Below are positions 19,424 through 28,811 of a stretch of DNA of 64,000 bases, one piece after another. The stretch is from Myxococcota bacterium (GTDB taxonomy: Bacteria > Myxococcota_A > UBA796 > SXON01), in contig JAZKFH010000017.1 in the NCBI GenBank assembly GCA_040386535.1, positions 1 through 64,000 on the forward strand, given 5' to 3'. Each line of letters begins with the position of its first letter. The stretch's first letter is position 1. The notes under the pieces were generated by a model. The model was not told where the DNA came from. It saw only the letters and a list, made by a program, of their open reading frames with translations, and made no database searches. The translations under genes and the position numbers were made by a program.

Positions 19424-20393
19424 TCGGCACCTCGGTCCCCACCGGTATGCCGGGCTCGGGCGTGCCGAGTGGTCCGAAATCAGGACAGGCAGGCGCAGAA
19501 TCGGACCAGGCCTCGCCGCGGAACAGCGCCGCGCGCTCGCGGAACACGCGGGCGACGACGGCGCGGACGGCCTGCACGCGCGCGGTGTGGCGCAGGTCGG
19601 GGTGGCAGAGGAGCCAGAGGTCGCCGAGGTGCCGCAGGGCCGGGGCAACGAGGCGCTGGAGGCTGGGGTCCGCGTCGCCGACGTAGATGGGCAGCAGCAC
19701 GAGCCCCATGCCCGCGCGGGCGGCGCTCACGATGACTTCCATCGAGTCGAAGGAGCCCCACGCGGGGAGCGCCGGCCAGCTCGACCCCCCGATCAGCCGC
19801 TCGATCTCCTTCCGGTTGTCGTAGGCGAGCCACCGCGCCGGAGTGCCCGGACGCGCGGGGTCGAGGCGGGCGGCATGGGCCACGGCGACGTAGCTGCCGA
19901 GGATCACCGGCGCGACCTTCGTGCCGAGCAGGTACTCGGGCGGGCTCGCGCCGGTGCTGAGCACCCGGACGGCGACGTCGGCCTCGCGGCGCGCAAGGTC
20001 GAAGGGGCGCCCGTCGACGGTGAACCGCAGCTCGACCTCGGGGTGTTCGTCGCAGAACGCCCCGAGCGCGCCGAGGAGGAGCCCGGCGACGAAGTTGTCC
20101 CCGCAGGTGACGGCGACCGTGCCCGCGAGGCGGTCGTCGTGGCCCAGTACCCCCCGTTCGAGGTCGGCCATCTCGAGCTCGATCCGTTCGGCGCCGGGCA
20201 CCATCTGCGCGCCGGCGGTGGTGAGGACGTAGCCGTCCTGGCTGCGGTCGAAGAGCCGGGTGCCCAGCCGCGCCTCCAGCGCCTCGACCCGCCGCGCGAC
20301 GGTGGAGTGGCTCACCTCGAGCGCCTTCCCGGCGGCACGCACCGAGCCGAGCCGCGCCAATGCCAGGAAGTACCGGACGTCGTTCCAGTCCAT
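19413..20393 (-). CDS. LysR family transcriptional regulator
   Basis: MDWNDVRYFLA HTH; RREADVAVR. Confidence 0.92.
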   Translation of the reverse strand: MDWNDVRYFLALARLGSVRAAGKALEVSHSTVARRVEALEARLGTRLFDRSQDGYVLTTAGAQMVPGAERIELEMADLERGVLGHDDRLAGTVAVTCGDNFVAGLLLGALGAFCDEHPEVELRFTVDGRPFDLARREADVAVRVLSTGASPPEYLLGTKVAPVILGSYVAVAHAARLDPARPGTPARWLAYDNRKEIERLIGGSSWPALPAWGSFDSMEVIVSAARAGMGLVLLPIYVGDADPSLQRLVAPALRHLGDLWLLCHPDLRHTARVQAVRAVVARVFRERAALFRGEAWSDSAPACPDFGPLGTPEPGIPVGTEVPSDR

Positions 20394-20444
20394 CCGCCCA
20401 GGTAGCGCGTCGGCGGGCGGAGGGCACCGCTCGCGGGCGTGGGC

Positions 20445-20897
20445 TCACCCCCGCAGGTAGCGCTCCAGCGCGTCCAGGCGCTTCCGCGTCTCCCAAGCGA
20501 AGAGTTGGCCCATCACCGGGTGGAGCAACCAGCGGAGCCACGCGGGACGCGCGACGAAGTTGAACGTGTAGATCACATCGGAGCGGCCGGCCCCGAGGTC
20601 GACGTGGCGGATGCTCGCCGCCCAACGTTCGAAGAATGGCGGGCGGTTCAACATCACGACGGCGGCAACGTCGCCCGGCTTGAAGCTCACATACCGCGTC
20701 TTGAGCGCGATCCGCCCCAGGCTCGCCCGGCCCTGGCACACCGTCTCGACGCCCATCCCGGCCCGATCCCAGCCCGGCTCCACCCAGGCCGCGGAGAGCA
20801 GCGTGTCCCACGCGAGGCGCCGGTCGTAGTCGTGCAGGACGTCAAAAACCCGGCCCGCGGGCGCGGCGAGGGTTCTACGGACGATGTGCACGGGCAT
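20445..20897 (-). CDS. SRPBCC/polyketide cyclase-like protein
   Basis: VFDVLHDYDRRLAWD...RLDALERYL; size and pattern fit the START/SRPBCC fold. Confidence 0.75.
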   Translation of the reverse strand: MPVHIVRRTLAAPAGRVFDVLHDYDRRLAWDTLLSAAWVEPGWDRAGMGVETVCQGRASLGRIALKTRYVSFKPGDVAAVVMLNRPPFFERWAASIRHVDLGAGRSDVIYTFNFVARPAWLRWLLHPVMGQLFAWETRKRLDALERYLRG

Positions 20898-20975
20898 GCT
20901 CCACCGCGTATCGGCCCCGCGTCTCGGACGCCGTCGCAAACGGGGTGGGAGTACACTCCCCGAAATAGAGTCGCC

Positions 20976-21386
20976 ATGCCACCGGAACCAACGTCCATGC
21001 CCCGCGCGAGCAAGATCATCCTGATCGTGTACGTGTTGTTCAACCTGTTGATCGCGGGGACGCTGATCGTCGACCCCTCGCAGCTGGACGCGACCTACCG
21101 CGGCGGGCCGATGACGCCGACGCGCGAGTTCCTGTGGTTCAGCATCGCGAGCTTCCACCTGTTCGTGTGCGCCACCGCGATCATCGCGACACGGATGCAG
21201 CGCGCCGCCGAGCGTCGCTGGCTCGTGCTCGCCAACGCCGGGTTCTACCTGTGGGACGCCCTGACACAATGGGCCTGGTGGGGGGCGCGCGTCGGGCTCG
21301 CGCCGGCCGACCTGCACGTGAACGCCGGAGTGAGCGCGGCGTGCGCGGCGTTGCTGGTGTACGCCGCCTGGCGCGACCGGACGTAG
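20976..21386 (+). CDS. Small 4-TM membrane protein
   Basis: Four hydrophobic segments; alternative start at 20997. Confidence 0.7.
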   Translation: MPPEPTSMPRASKIILIVYVLFNLLIAGTLIVDPSQLDATYRGGPMTPTREFLWFSIASFHLFVCATAIIATRMQRAAERRWLVLANAGFYLWDALTQWAWWGARVGLAPADLHVNAGVSAACAALLVYAAWRDRT

Positions 21387-21405
21387 TCCCACCTTCAGAG
21401 GCTCT

Positions 21406-22371
21406 TCAGACGACCTCGACCACCACGCCGCCTCGCGTGCGCCCCGCCTCCAGGCACGCGTGCGCATCGGCGGTACGTTCGAGCGGAAATCGACTTGCCA
21501 CCACGGACCGCAGGGCGCCGGTTTCGACGAGCTTGCACACCTCGTCGAGGTTCTCCCTGGTCGCCACCGAGACCCCACAGAGCGAACGGGGCCCCCCGAA
21601 CATCGACGTCGTCCCCATCTGCGCGAGGCTCTGGAGCGAGAGGTGGACGGTGAGATAACGCCCGGTCGGAGCCAGCGACCCCCGGCAGCGTGCAAACTGG
21701 TTTGTCTCCGACGTGTCGAACACCACGTCGTAGCGCCGCCCGCTGGCCAGGAAGTCCTCTCGTGTGTAGTCGATGACATGATGGGCGCCGAGCTCCGTCA
21801 TCAGGTCCTGATCGCGGCTGCACACCGCGGTCACGTCGGCCCCGAGGTGGCGGGCGAGCTGGACCGCGAAGCGCCCGACGCCGCCGGAGGCGCCCACCAC
21901 CACCACGCGCTCGCCCGGCTGCACCTTGCCGAGATCCCGGAGGAACGTGAGGGCGGTGGTGCCGCCGTAGGGCAAGGCGGCGGCCTCGGCATGGTCGAGG
22001 CGCGCCGGCCGGGGTGCGATCGCGCCGCCCTCGGGCATCACCAGGTACTCCGCGTAGGCCCCGTGCGTCCTCAGGCCAAAGACCTCGTCCCCCTTCGCGA
22101 AGCGGGTCACGGCAGCGCCGACCTCGACCACGCGGCCCGCGAACGTGGTGCCCGGCACGAGGCGCCGCGGCCGAAAGAGCCCGGTCATCAACCGGCCGGG
22201 CAACCAGCCGATCCCCGGGAAATCGGCGGCGCGGAGCCGACGGTCGCCGTGCGTGACCGCGCTCGCATGCACCGCCACGAGCACCTCGTCGTCGCGGGGC
22301 GAGGGTCGCGGCGCCTCGCCCAGCGCGAGGACGTGGGGGGCTCCGTACCGGGTGTGGTGGATGGCTCTCAT
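21406..22371 (-). CDS. NAD(P)-dependent alcohol dehydrogenase/quinone reductase (MDR family)
   Basis: GDEVFG, GAYAEY, GASGGVG, VIDYTRED. Confidence 0.9.
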   Translation of the reverse strand: MRAIHHTRYGAPHVLALGEAPRPSPRDDEVLVAVHASAVTHGDRRLRAADFPGIGWLPGRLMTGLFRPRRLVPGTTFAGRVVEVGAAVTRFAKGDEVFGLRTHGAYAEYLVMPEGGAIAPRPARLDHAEAAALPYGGTTALTFLRDLGKVQPGERVVVVGASGGVGRFAVQLARHLGADVTAVCSRDQDLMTELGAHHVIDYTREDFLASGRRYDVVFDTSETNQFARCRGSLAPTGRYLTVHLSLQSLAQMGTTSMFGGPRSLCGVSVATRENLDEVCKLVETGALRSVVASRFPLERTADAHACLEAGRTRGGVVVEVV

Positions 22372-22463
22372 GGTTGCGCTCCGTAGATTTGGGAGGAGGA
22401 GAAGACGACGGCAGAATCACATGCATCACCGCACCTGTCTTCCCCCAATGTCGTGGACGTGCT

Positions 22464-22477
22464 ATGCACAAATGCAT
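22464..22477. promoter_or_regulatory. Putative LysR operator ATGCA-N4-TGCAT overlapping the LysR start
   Basis: Palindromic ATGCACAAATGCAT between divergent genes; similar ATGCAGAATCGCAT at 27517-27530. Confidence 0.5.
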
Positions 22478-23372
22478 GGATTGGCGACGCATCGATTTCG
22501 ACTGGAACCACCTCCGCGCGTTCCTCGTCACCGCGGACGAAGGTTCGTTCTCGGCCGCCTCCCAGGCGCTGGGGATCGCGCAACCGACCGTCGGCCGCCA
22601 GATCGCGGCGCTCGAGGAGACGCTCGGCGTGGCGCTGTTCGAGCGCGCCGGCCGCGGGCTGGCCCTCACCCCGACCGGCCTCGAGCTGGTGGAGCACGTG
22701 CGCACGATGTCCGACGCGGCCTTTCGTGTCTCCCGCGTCGCCGCCGGCCAGGCCATCTCGCTCGACGGCCCCATCTGCCTCACCGCGAGCGAGGTCGTCG
22801 CGACCTACCTCCTCCCGCCGGTTGTCGCGGAGCTGCGTGCGCGCCACCCGGGCATCGAGGTCGAGATCGTCGCCTCGAACGCGCCGCAGGATCTCCGACG
22901 CCGTGAGGCCGATATCGCGATCCGCAGCTTCCGACCCACCGAGCCGGACCTCATCGCCCGCAAGTTGCGGGAGAGCGAGGCCTGGCTCTACGCGTCGCCG
23001 ACGTACCTCCAGAAGCTCGGGACCCCCCTCACCCGCGACGCGCTCTCGCGCGCGACCTTCATCGGTTTCGACCACACCGACACGTTCCGCAAGGGCCTCT
23101 CGGCGCTCGGCCTCTCGCTCGCGCCGGAGAACTTTCCCATCGTGAGCCAGAGCCAGCACGTGCAGTGGGCGCTCGTGCGCGAAGGCGCGGGCATCGGCAT
23201 CATGATCGCGGAGGTGGGTGACGCCGAGCCCGGTGTGTGTCGCGTGCCCTCGGGCCTCCCGCCCATCCCGGTCCCCATGTGGCTCGTGACACATCGGGAG
23301 GTGCGCACGAGCCGTCGCGTGCGTGTCGTGGCCGACTTCCTCGCCGAACGATTGGTGGTTACCGGGCGATGA
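22476..23372 (+). CDS. LysR family transcriptional regulator
   Basis: FDWNHLRAFL HTH; RREADIAIR; divergent from the dehydrogenase. Confidence 0.92.
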   Translation: MDWRRIDFDWNHLRAFLVTADEGSFSAASQALGIAQPTVGRQIAALEETLGVALFERAGRGLALTPTGLELVEHVRTMSDAAFRVSRVAAGQAISLDGPICLTASEVVATYLLPPVVAELRARHPGIEVEIVASNAPQDLRRREADIAIRSFRPTEPDLIARKLRESEAWLYASPTYLQKLGTPLTRDALSRATFIGFDHTDTFRKGLSALGLSLAPENFPIVSQSQHVQWALVREGAGIGIMIAEVGDAEPGVCRVPSGLPPIPVPMWLVTHREVRTSRRVRVVADFLAERLVVTGR

Positions 23373-23437
23373 GGAGGAGGGCCGCAGCCGCGTGGCGGCC
23401 AGGATACGACGCGGACACCGCTCCGAGTGACAGATCC

Positions 23438-24346
23438 ATGCGCCAGCCCCGCCCGTCCACGGCCCTCCCGCTCACCCGGCGCCACCTCCTGAAAGGCGCC
23501 CTGTTGGCGCTGCCGATGGCCACCAGCCTCCGCGCCTTTGCCGGCGCAGGGGCGCCGGAGCCCGTTGCCGCGCTCGCCGAGCTGGAACGCCTGCACGGTG
23601 GGCGGCTGGGTGTGTACGTGCTCGACACGGGGACCGGCGCCCGATTCGCGCACCGGCCGGACGAGCGCTTTGCGATGTGTAGCACCTTCAAGCTCCTCCT
23701 TTCGGGCTTCGTGCTCGCCCGGGCCGATCGGGGCGAGGACAAGCTCGATCGTGCGCTCGACGTGCCGACCACCGGCCTGGTCTCGAATTCGCCGGTCACC
23801 ACGAAGCGCGCTGGGACGCGCATGACCCTCGCCGAGCTCTGCCACGCGACGATGACCACGAGCGACAACACGGCTGCCAACCTGCTCCTCTCCGCCGTCG
23901 GCGGCCCGCCCGCGGTGACGGCGTTCGCACGCTCGTTGGGTGACAGCGTCACGCGCCTCGACCGCATCGAGCCCGAGCTGAACGTGGTGAACCTGAAGGA
24001 AGGTGACACCCGCGACACCACCACTCCCGCCGCGATGGCGTCCCTCCTGCGAGAGTTGGTCGCGGGGGACGCGCTCCGGCCGGCCTCGCGCGACATCCTG
24101 ATCCGTTGGATGCGTGAAGCCGCAACCGGGCTCGGTCGCCTGCGCGCGGGCCTGCCCGCCGATTGGAACGCCGGCGACAAGACCGGCACGGGCATGGATG
24201 GACCGACCAATGACATCGCGGTGGGCTGGCCCCCGGGAAAGGGGCCGGTGATCGTCACGGCCTATTATGACCGCGGCGGACACTCGATGGCGGAGAACTC
24301 GGTGGTGCTCGCGGAGGTGGGGAGGATTGTGGGGGGGTTGGTATGA
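23438..24346 (+). CDS. bla: Class A beta-lactamase, Tat signal
   Basis: TRRHLL Tat motif; STFK, SDN, RLDRIEPELN (E166), RDTTTP, DKTG. Confidence 0.93.
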   Translation: MRQPRPSTALPLTRRHLLKGALLALPMATSLRAFAGAGAPEPVAALAELERLHGGRLGVYVLDTGTGARFAHRPDERFAMCSTFKLLLSGFVLARADRGEDKLDRALDVPTTGLVSNSPVTTKRAGTRMTLAELCHATMTTSDNTAANLLLSAVGGPPAVTAFARSLGDSVTRLDRIEPELNVVNLKEGDTRDTTTPAAMASLLRELVAGDALRPASRDILIRWMREAATGLGRLRAGLPADWNAGDKTGTGMDGPTNDIAVGWPPGKGPVIVTAYYDRGGHSMAENSVVLAEVGRIVGGLV

Positions 24347-24425
24347 AGCGCGGGGCCATGCCGAAGGTGGCCACCCTGCTTGGGCGGCCGCCTCGGTCAC
24401 GCTTGGGAGGACTCTCGGGGCCGTT

Positions 24426-25928
24426 CTACCGCCCGTAGAAGAACGCGAGGTCGGAGGTCTCCTCGCCCCACCCGCTGATGACAACGTCGTCGAGGCCGTC
24501 CCCGTCGAGGTCGTCGCCACCCGCGAATGCCCATCCGACCCTGTGCTCAGGGTCGCCGGAGAACACAGCACTGGCGTCCATCAGCTGGTGTGTACCCGCC
24601 GTGACGCCGTAGAACAGGTAGACGGCGCCTTCGGGCTCGTCGCGCGCGGGGGAGCCCAGGAGCACGTCGGTGCGGCCGTCCCCGTCCACGTCGCCCGCGG
24701 ATTGGATGTTCTCCTCCGCAGGTGCGCGCCCGCCTTCGTTCGAGATCCCGGCCCAGGCGAGCGCCACGGGGTCGCCGCTGCTCTCGATCGGCCCGCGGAA
24801 GATCAGGGCACTGGCGGGCACGTCGAGGCGACGGAACGAGGCCACGAGGTCGTCGTAGCCATCGCCGTCGACGTCTCCGAGCGTGTCCATGGCGGTAGCG
24901 AAGTAGCCGCTGTCCAGGTTGCGGACGATGGCGTCGGAGTCGATCTCCAGGGCGATGGTGCCGTCGAAAGGCGAGTGGAGGACGTAGAAGCCGCCCTCGG
25001 GGTAGTCGATCTCGGGGTACGACGGCTCCCCCACGATGAGGTCGTCCATCCCGTCCCCGTTGAAGTCGCCCGCTGCCAGCTGCTCCCCGCTCCAGACCCG
25101 GCCGACCAGGCGGGTGCTCACGTCGGCGAGCTGGACCTCACCGGTGCTGGCCCCCGAGACGACGTACGTGACGCCGTGCAGGTTGTCCGCCTGGTAGGCG
25201 GACACGGCGAAGTCGGGGACACCGTCGCCGTCGATGTCGGAGAGGGTTTCGATCTGCACGCCCAGGCCGTCCTGCGGCGATTCCCCGACCAGCGTGAGCG
25301 CGGCGGACTCGGAGGCGACGATCCCCCCCTCGAACGGGCCCAGGAGGAGGTGACAGGCGCCGATCGGCTCTCCCTCGCCGTCGTCGAGGTAGTCGGGGCC
25401 CACGACGAGGTCGGCCAGGCCGTCCCCGTTCACGTCCCCGGCGGAGCGGATCGAGAACCAGTCGGTTCCGGACGCTGAGGTGATCGACGCGGGTGATGCG
25501 TCCGCGAAGGTCGTGGCGCCCGAACGCGGTCCATCAACGACGAACAGGGTGTACGGCCACGATTGCCCGCCGACGAAGCCCACCTCTCCCGCCCCGTCCC
25601 CGTCGAGATCCCCGAGGAGTCGGAGGCGGTTCGCGACGGGAACGGCGGTGAGCTGCGCGTCCGCCTCCTCGAACGCCTCGATGTCGCCGAACCAGGAGCA
25701 ATCTGCCAGCACGTCGAGGGTGCCGTCGCAGTCGTCGTCCACGTCGTTGCAGGACTCCGCGGCCCCGGGATGTACGGCCTCGTCCTCGTCGTCGCAATCG
25801 TCCCCGGCGGGGAAGCCGTCCCCGTCGACGTCGAGTATTTCCGCGCGAGGCACACCCGTGCAGCCGACAAGAAGTGGTGAGCTCGCTGTGAGCAGAAGGA
25901 AGAGCGTTGCCGATGGGAGGCGGCTCAT
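24426..25928 (-). CDS. Lipoprotein with one MopE-like repeat and an FG-GAP/integrin-like beta-propeller
   Basis: LLVGC lipobox; DCDD...HPGAAE; GDxNGDGxxDL repeats. Confidence 0.85.
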   Translation of the reverse strand: MSRLPSATLFLLLTASSPLLVGCTGVPRAEILDVDGDGFPAGDDCDDEDEAVHPGAAESCNDVDDDCDGTLDVLADCSWFGDIEAFEEADAQLTAVPVANRLRLLGDLDGDGAGEVGFVGGQSWPYTLFVVDGPRSGATTFADASPASITSASGTDWFSIRSAGDVNGDGLADLVVGPDYLDDGEGEPIGACHLLLGPFEGGIVASESAALTLVGESPQDGLGVQIETLSDIDGDGVPDFAVSAYQADNLHGVTYVVSGASTGEVQLADVSTRLVGRVWSGEQLAAGDFNGDGMDDLIVGEPSYPEIDYPEGGFYVLHSPFDGTIALEIDSDAIVRNLDSGYFATAMDTLGDVDGDGYDDLVASFRRLDVPASALIFRGPIESSGDPVALAWAGISNEGGRAPAEENIQSAGDVDGDGRTDVLLGSPARDEPEGAVYLFYGVTAGTHQLMDASAVFSGDPEHRVGWAFAGGDDLDGDGLDDVVISGWGEETSDLAFFYGR

Positions 25929-26038
25929 GAAAACATGTCGAGTTCCAGCCACCTCGGCCGGAGCGCCGAGGAAGCCAACAGCCTCGTGTGAGACTCCGGC
26001 CCTCGACCTGCGAATCTGGTGTTGCGTACCTACGTTGA

Positions 26039-26788
26039 TCACGGGTCGTCCAGCCCCCCGCCTTCCCCGTCCAACACATAGGGTTCCGTCCACGCCGTGA
26101 AGTTGCCGGCCGCATCGAACAGGCGCAACCGCACGAACAAGGCTCCCTCTCCGGCCGGGAGACGGCCGCCGCCGCAGGGGCCCGCCCCAAACGAGATGGC
26201 AGCGGCCGGAACGTTCCCGAGCGCGGTGACAGCGTCGGAGGACAACGAGGCGCGGAAACGGTCATGGGCGAGCGCGCTCTCACCGCGGGGCATCATCACC
26301 GCGTCCAGAAGGTGAACCGAGCCACTCCGGGCTCCGTCATGCCATGCCTCCGCCTCGAACCACGTGGGCTCGTCCAGCGCGGAGAGGGCGAGGGTCCACG
26401 TCGCGCTTCGCCCCTCCGCGAGTTGGAAGGTTCGATGCACCCAGGCGATCGGCTTCCCCCCGCCCGGCGGGGTGGTGTCACGAGGCTGCGTGACCTCGAA
26501 GGAGAACGCAGGTTCGCCTTCCATCCACACCTCGTACCGCTCCCCCCGCCGCAGGGGGAGCCAAGGCACGAGCACCACCCGGGAACGCCCGACACGGCGG
26601 ACGAGCACACGTTGGCCCGCCTCGTCGCGAAGGATCATCGAACGCCGGCTGCCCCGCGCGATCAACCACGGGGCCGCGCCCGCCGGGAGCGTGTCCCCCG
26701 AGGTCGCGAGCACCTCGGCCCGAGGGACGAACCAATCGTCCGAGCAGCGCGCCCAGGCTGCCGCCGCCGCGAGCCACATCACCATCAT
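26039..26788 (-). CDS. Hypothetical exported protein, Ig-like
   Basis: Signal-like N-terminus; DTTPP and DAAGN motifs. Confidence 0.6.
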   Translation of the reverse strand: MMVMWLAAAAAWARCSDDWFVPRAEVLATSGDTLPAGAAPWLIARGSRRSMILRDEAGQRVLVRRVGRSRVVLVPWLPLRRGERYEVWMEGEPAFSFEVTQPRDTTPPGGGKPIAWVHRTFQLAEGRSATWTLALSALDEPTWFEAEAWHDGARSGSVHLLDAVMMPRGESALAHDRFRASLSSDAVTALGNVPAAAISFGAGPCGGGRLPAGEGALFVRLRLFDAAGNFTAWTEPYVLDGEGGGLDDP

Positions 26789-26845
26789 CGTGTCACCCTG
26801 CCACGAGACACCGTCGGCGGCAATCTCGGAGCCGGCGGGGCGCCT

Positions 26846-27442
26846 TCACGCCGCCCGGCGCCCCACCCTCGCCCGGTCCGAAGCCCCGTCGGCGCGCACC
26901 CGATCGAGGAAGGCCCGGCGGGCCTCCTCGGTGCTGGTCGAGACCGCGCCCAGCTCGGTGACGTGCACCGGCTTGACCCCGGAGAACCCGAGCGTCGCGC
27001 GCACCATCGCCTTGTGCCCCGGGGCCCCCTGCACCCACCGGTACGCCCAGGCGGGCCAATCCATCGTCACCACGAGGCGCCCCGTGCGGCCCGCGAGGAG
27101 GCGGTCCCACGTGCGCTGGCCCTCGTGGAAGCGGAACGCGAAGCCGGGCAGGAACGTGCGATCGACGAACCCCTTGAGCAGCGCCGGGTAGGTGCCCCAC
27201 CACGAGGGGTAGACGAACACGAGGTGCGCGGCGGCGCGCATGGCCGCCTGGGCGCGCACGAGATCGGGCTCCAATGCCTGGATCGAGTGGTAGCCCTCGT
27301 GCAGGATGGGATCGAAGGCGAGCGCGCGCAGATCGAGACGCGTGGCGCCCGCGCCCTCGGTGTAGGCGGTGGCGATGGCGTCGCCGAAGCTGCCGGCGCG
27401 GGGGTGGGCGTCGAGGACGAGGATGTCGGAGGCGGCGGACAT
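26846..27442 (-). CDS. NAD(P)H-dependent oxidoreductase, flavodoxin-like fold (MdaB/KefF-type)
   Basis: AHP, YPSWWG.YPALLKGFVDR. Confidence 0.9.
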   Translation of the reverse strand: MSAASDILVLDAHPRAGSFGDAIATAYTEGAGATRLDLRALAFDPILHEGYHSIQALEPDLVRAQAAMRAAAHLVFVYPSWWGTYPALLKGFVDRTFLPGFAFRFHEGQRTWDRLLAGRTGRLVVTMDWPAWAYRWVQGAPGHKAMVRATLGFSGVKPVHVTELGAVSTSTEEARRAFLDRVRADGASDRARVGRRAA

Positions 27443-27528
27443 GTGGAATTCCAGGGTGACGCCCCTGGATAGGCTGCCGAGAAACGCATAGCCACGCGCA
27501 TCGATGCGGAGGCGCTATGCAGAATCGC

Positions 27529-28380
27529 ATGCCGGACTGGGAGGACCTGCGGGTCTTCCTCGCGGTGGCCCGCACGGGCAGCTTGTCGGCCGCGGGGCGA
27601 TCGCTGGGGGTGGACCAATCCACCGTGAGCCGGCGTGTGGCCGCGCTGGAGGCGACGTTGGGGGCGCGCCTGATCGACCGGGTGCCCGGCGGCGTGGTGC
27701 TGACCCCGGTGGCCCGCGACGCGCTCGGCCTGGCGGAGGAGGCGGAGCGGCGGGTGGCGTCGTTCGCGTCCGCGGTGGCCGACGCCGACGCCGGGGTGCG
27801 CGGGGTGGTGCGCGTGGCCCTGGCGGACGGCATCGACACCTTCCTCGTCGTGCCCGAGCTGCCCGCGCTCTACACACGCCACCCCGGCTTGTGTCTCGAG
27901 TTGGTGGCCGACGTGGCGATGGCCGACCTGTCCCGTCGGGAGGCGGACATCGCGCTGCGTTTCGTCCGGCCCGAGCAGGGCCCGCTCGTGGCGCGGCGAG
28001 TGGCGCACCTCACCGCGAGCGTGTGGGCGCGGGCCGACCTCGCGGGGAACGATCTCGCCGCGATGGGGTGGGTGGATTGGGAGCAGCCCAACGCGGCCTG
28101 GCCGGAGGCCCAATGGGCAGCACGACACATCGCCGAGGGGCGAGTGCGCTTCCGTACGAACCGGGTGGAGGCAAAGGTCGCGGCGATTCGCGCGGGGATC
28201 GGCGCCGGCATCCTCCCCGATGCCCTCGCGCGCCAGGTTCCCGGCCTTGCCCGGGTCGACGCCCCTGAGGGTGTTCCCGGGTGTGACGCCTGGCTCGTCG
28301 CGACGCGGCCGCTGTACGACGTGCCACGGGTGCGCGTGGTGTGGGATTTCCTGGCAGAGGTGACAGGGAGGCTGTTGTAG
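27529..28380 (+). CDS. LysR family transcriptional regulator
   Basis: MPDWEDLRVFLAVAR HTH; RREADIALR; alternative start at 27517. Confidence 0.92.
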   Translation: MPDWEDLRVFLAVARTGSLSAAGRSLGVDQSTVSRRVAALEATLGARLIDRVPGGVVLTPVARDALGLAEEAERRVASFASAVADADAGVRGVVRVALADGIDTFLVVPELPALYTRHPGLCLELVADVAMADLSRREADIALRFVRPEQGPLVARRVAHLTASVWARADLAGNDLAAMGWVDWEQPNAAWPEAQWAARHIAEGRVRFRTNRVEAKVAAIRAGIGAGILPDALARQVPGLARVDAPEGVPGCDAWLVATRPLYDVPRVRVVWDFLAEVTGRLL

Positions 28381-28408
28381 CGCACGCGCCCCTGCGCTAC
28401 GCTTCGTC

Positions 28409-28657
28409 ATGGCCGACCACCGCCGTGAGATCGACCGCTCCCCCTGGGATTGGATCCTCTACGAGCGCGACGCAGACGGTGCGTTCGTGCTCGAGGTGGT
28501 CGTGGGCTGGATTGGCGTCTTCACGGTGGAGGAGGTGCTGAGCGCGGATCAGGTCGCGACGTGGCGCCAGGAGGGGCGGGACGGATTGAGCCGCATCTCG
28601 GCCGTGGTCAACACCCGGGAGATCGCGGCGGCGCGAGGTCGGATGCGGCGGGGGTGA
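28409..28657 (+). CDS. Hypothetical protein (82 aa)
   Basis: Coding-like (WDWILYE...LEVVVG); TACGCT 5 nt upstream of the ATG. Confidence 0.6.
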   Translation: MADHRREIDRSPWDWILYERDADGAFVLEVVVGWIGVFTVEEVLSADQVATWRQEGRDGLSRISAVVNTREIAAARGRMRRG

Positions 28658-28713
28658 CACAGCGGGGTGACACAGCGGGGTGACACAGCGGGGTGACACA
28701 GCGGGGTGACACA
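28651..28713 (+). repeat. 13-bp tandem repeat GGGGTGACACAGC x4 plus a partial copy
   Basis: Directly visible. Confidence 0.95.
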
Positions 28714-28733
28714 CGGAGAAGGACAGCGCCTCG

Positions 28734-28790
28734 GGGCCGTGGCGGCGCCGCTTCGGCGCCGGGCACCGCGGCCCACGTTGGTCGCCCAAA
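28734..28790 (+). repeat. REP-like hairpin repeat, family B, copy 2
   Basis: GGGCCGTGGCGGCGCCG-CTT-CGGCGCCGGGCACCGCGGCCCACGTTGGTCGCCCAAA. Confidence 0.75.
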
Positions 28791-28811
28791 CCCCCAAACG
28801 AGCTCTGGTTG

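Noticed and set aside
28651..28713. Possible CRISPR array
   Set aside because: 13-bp head-to-tail units with no spacers and no cas genes
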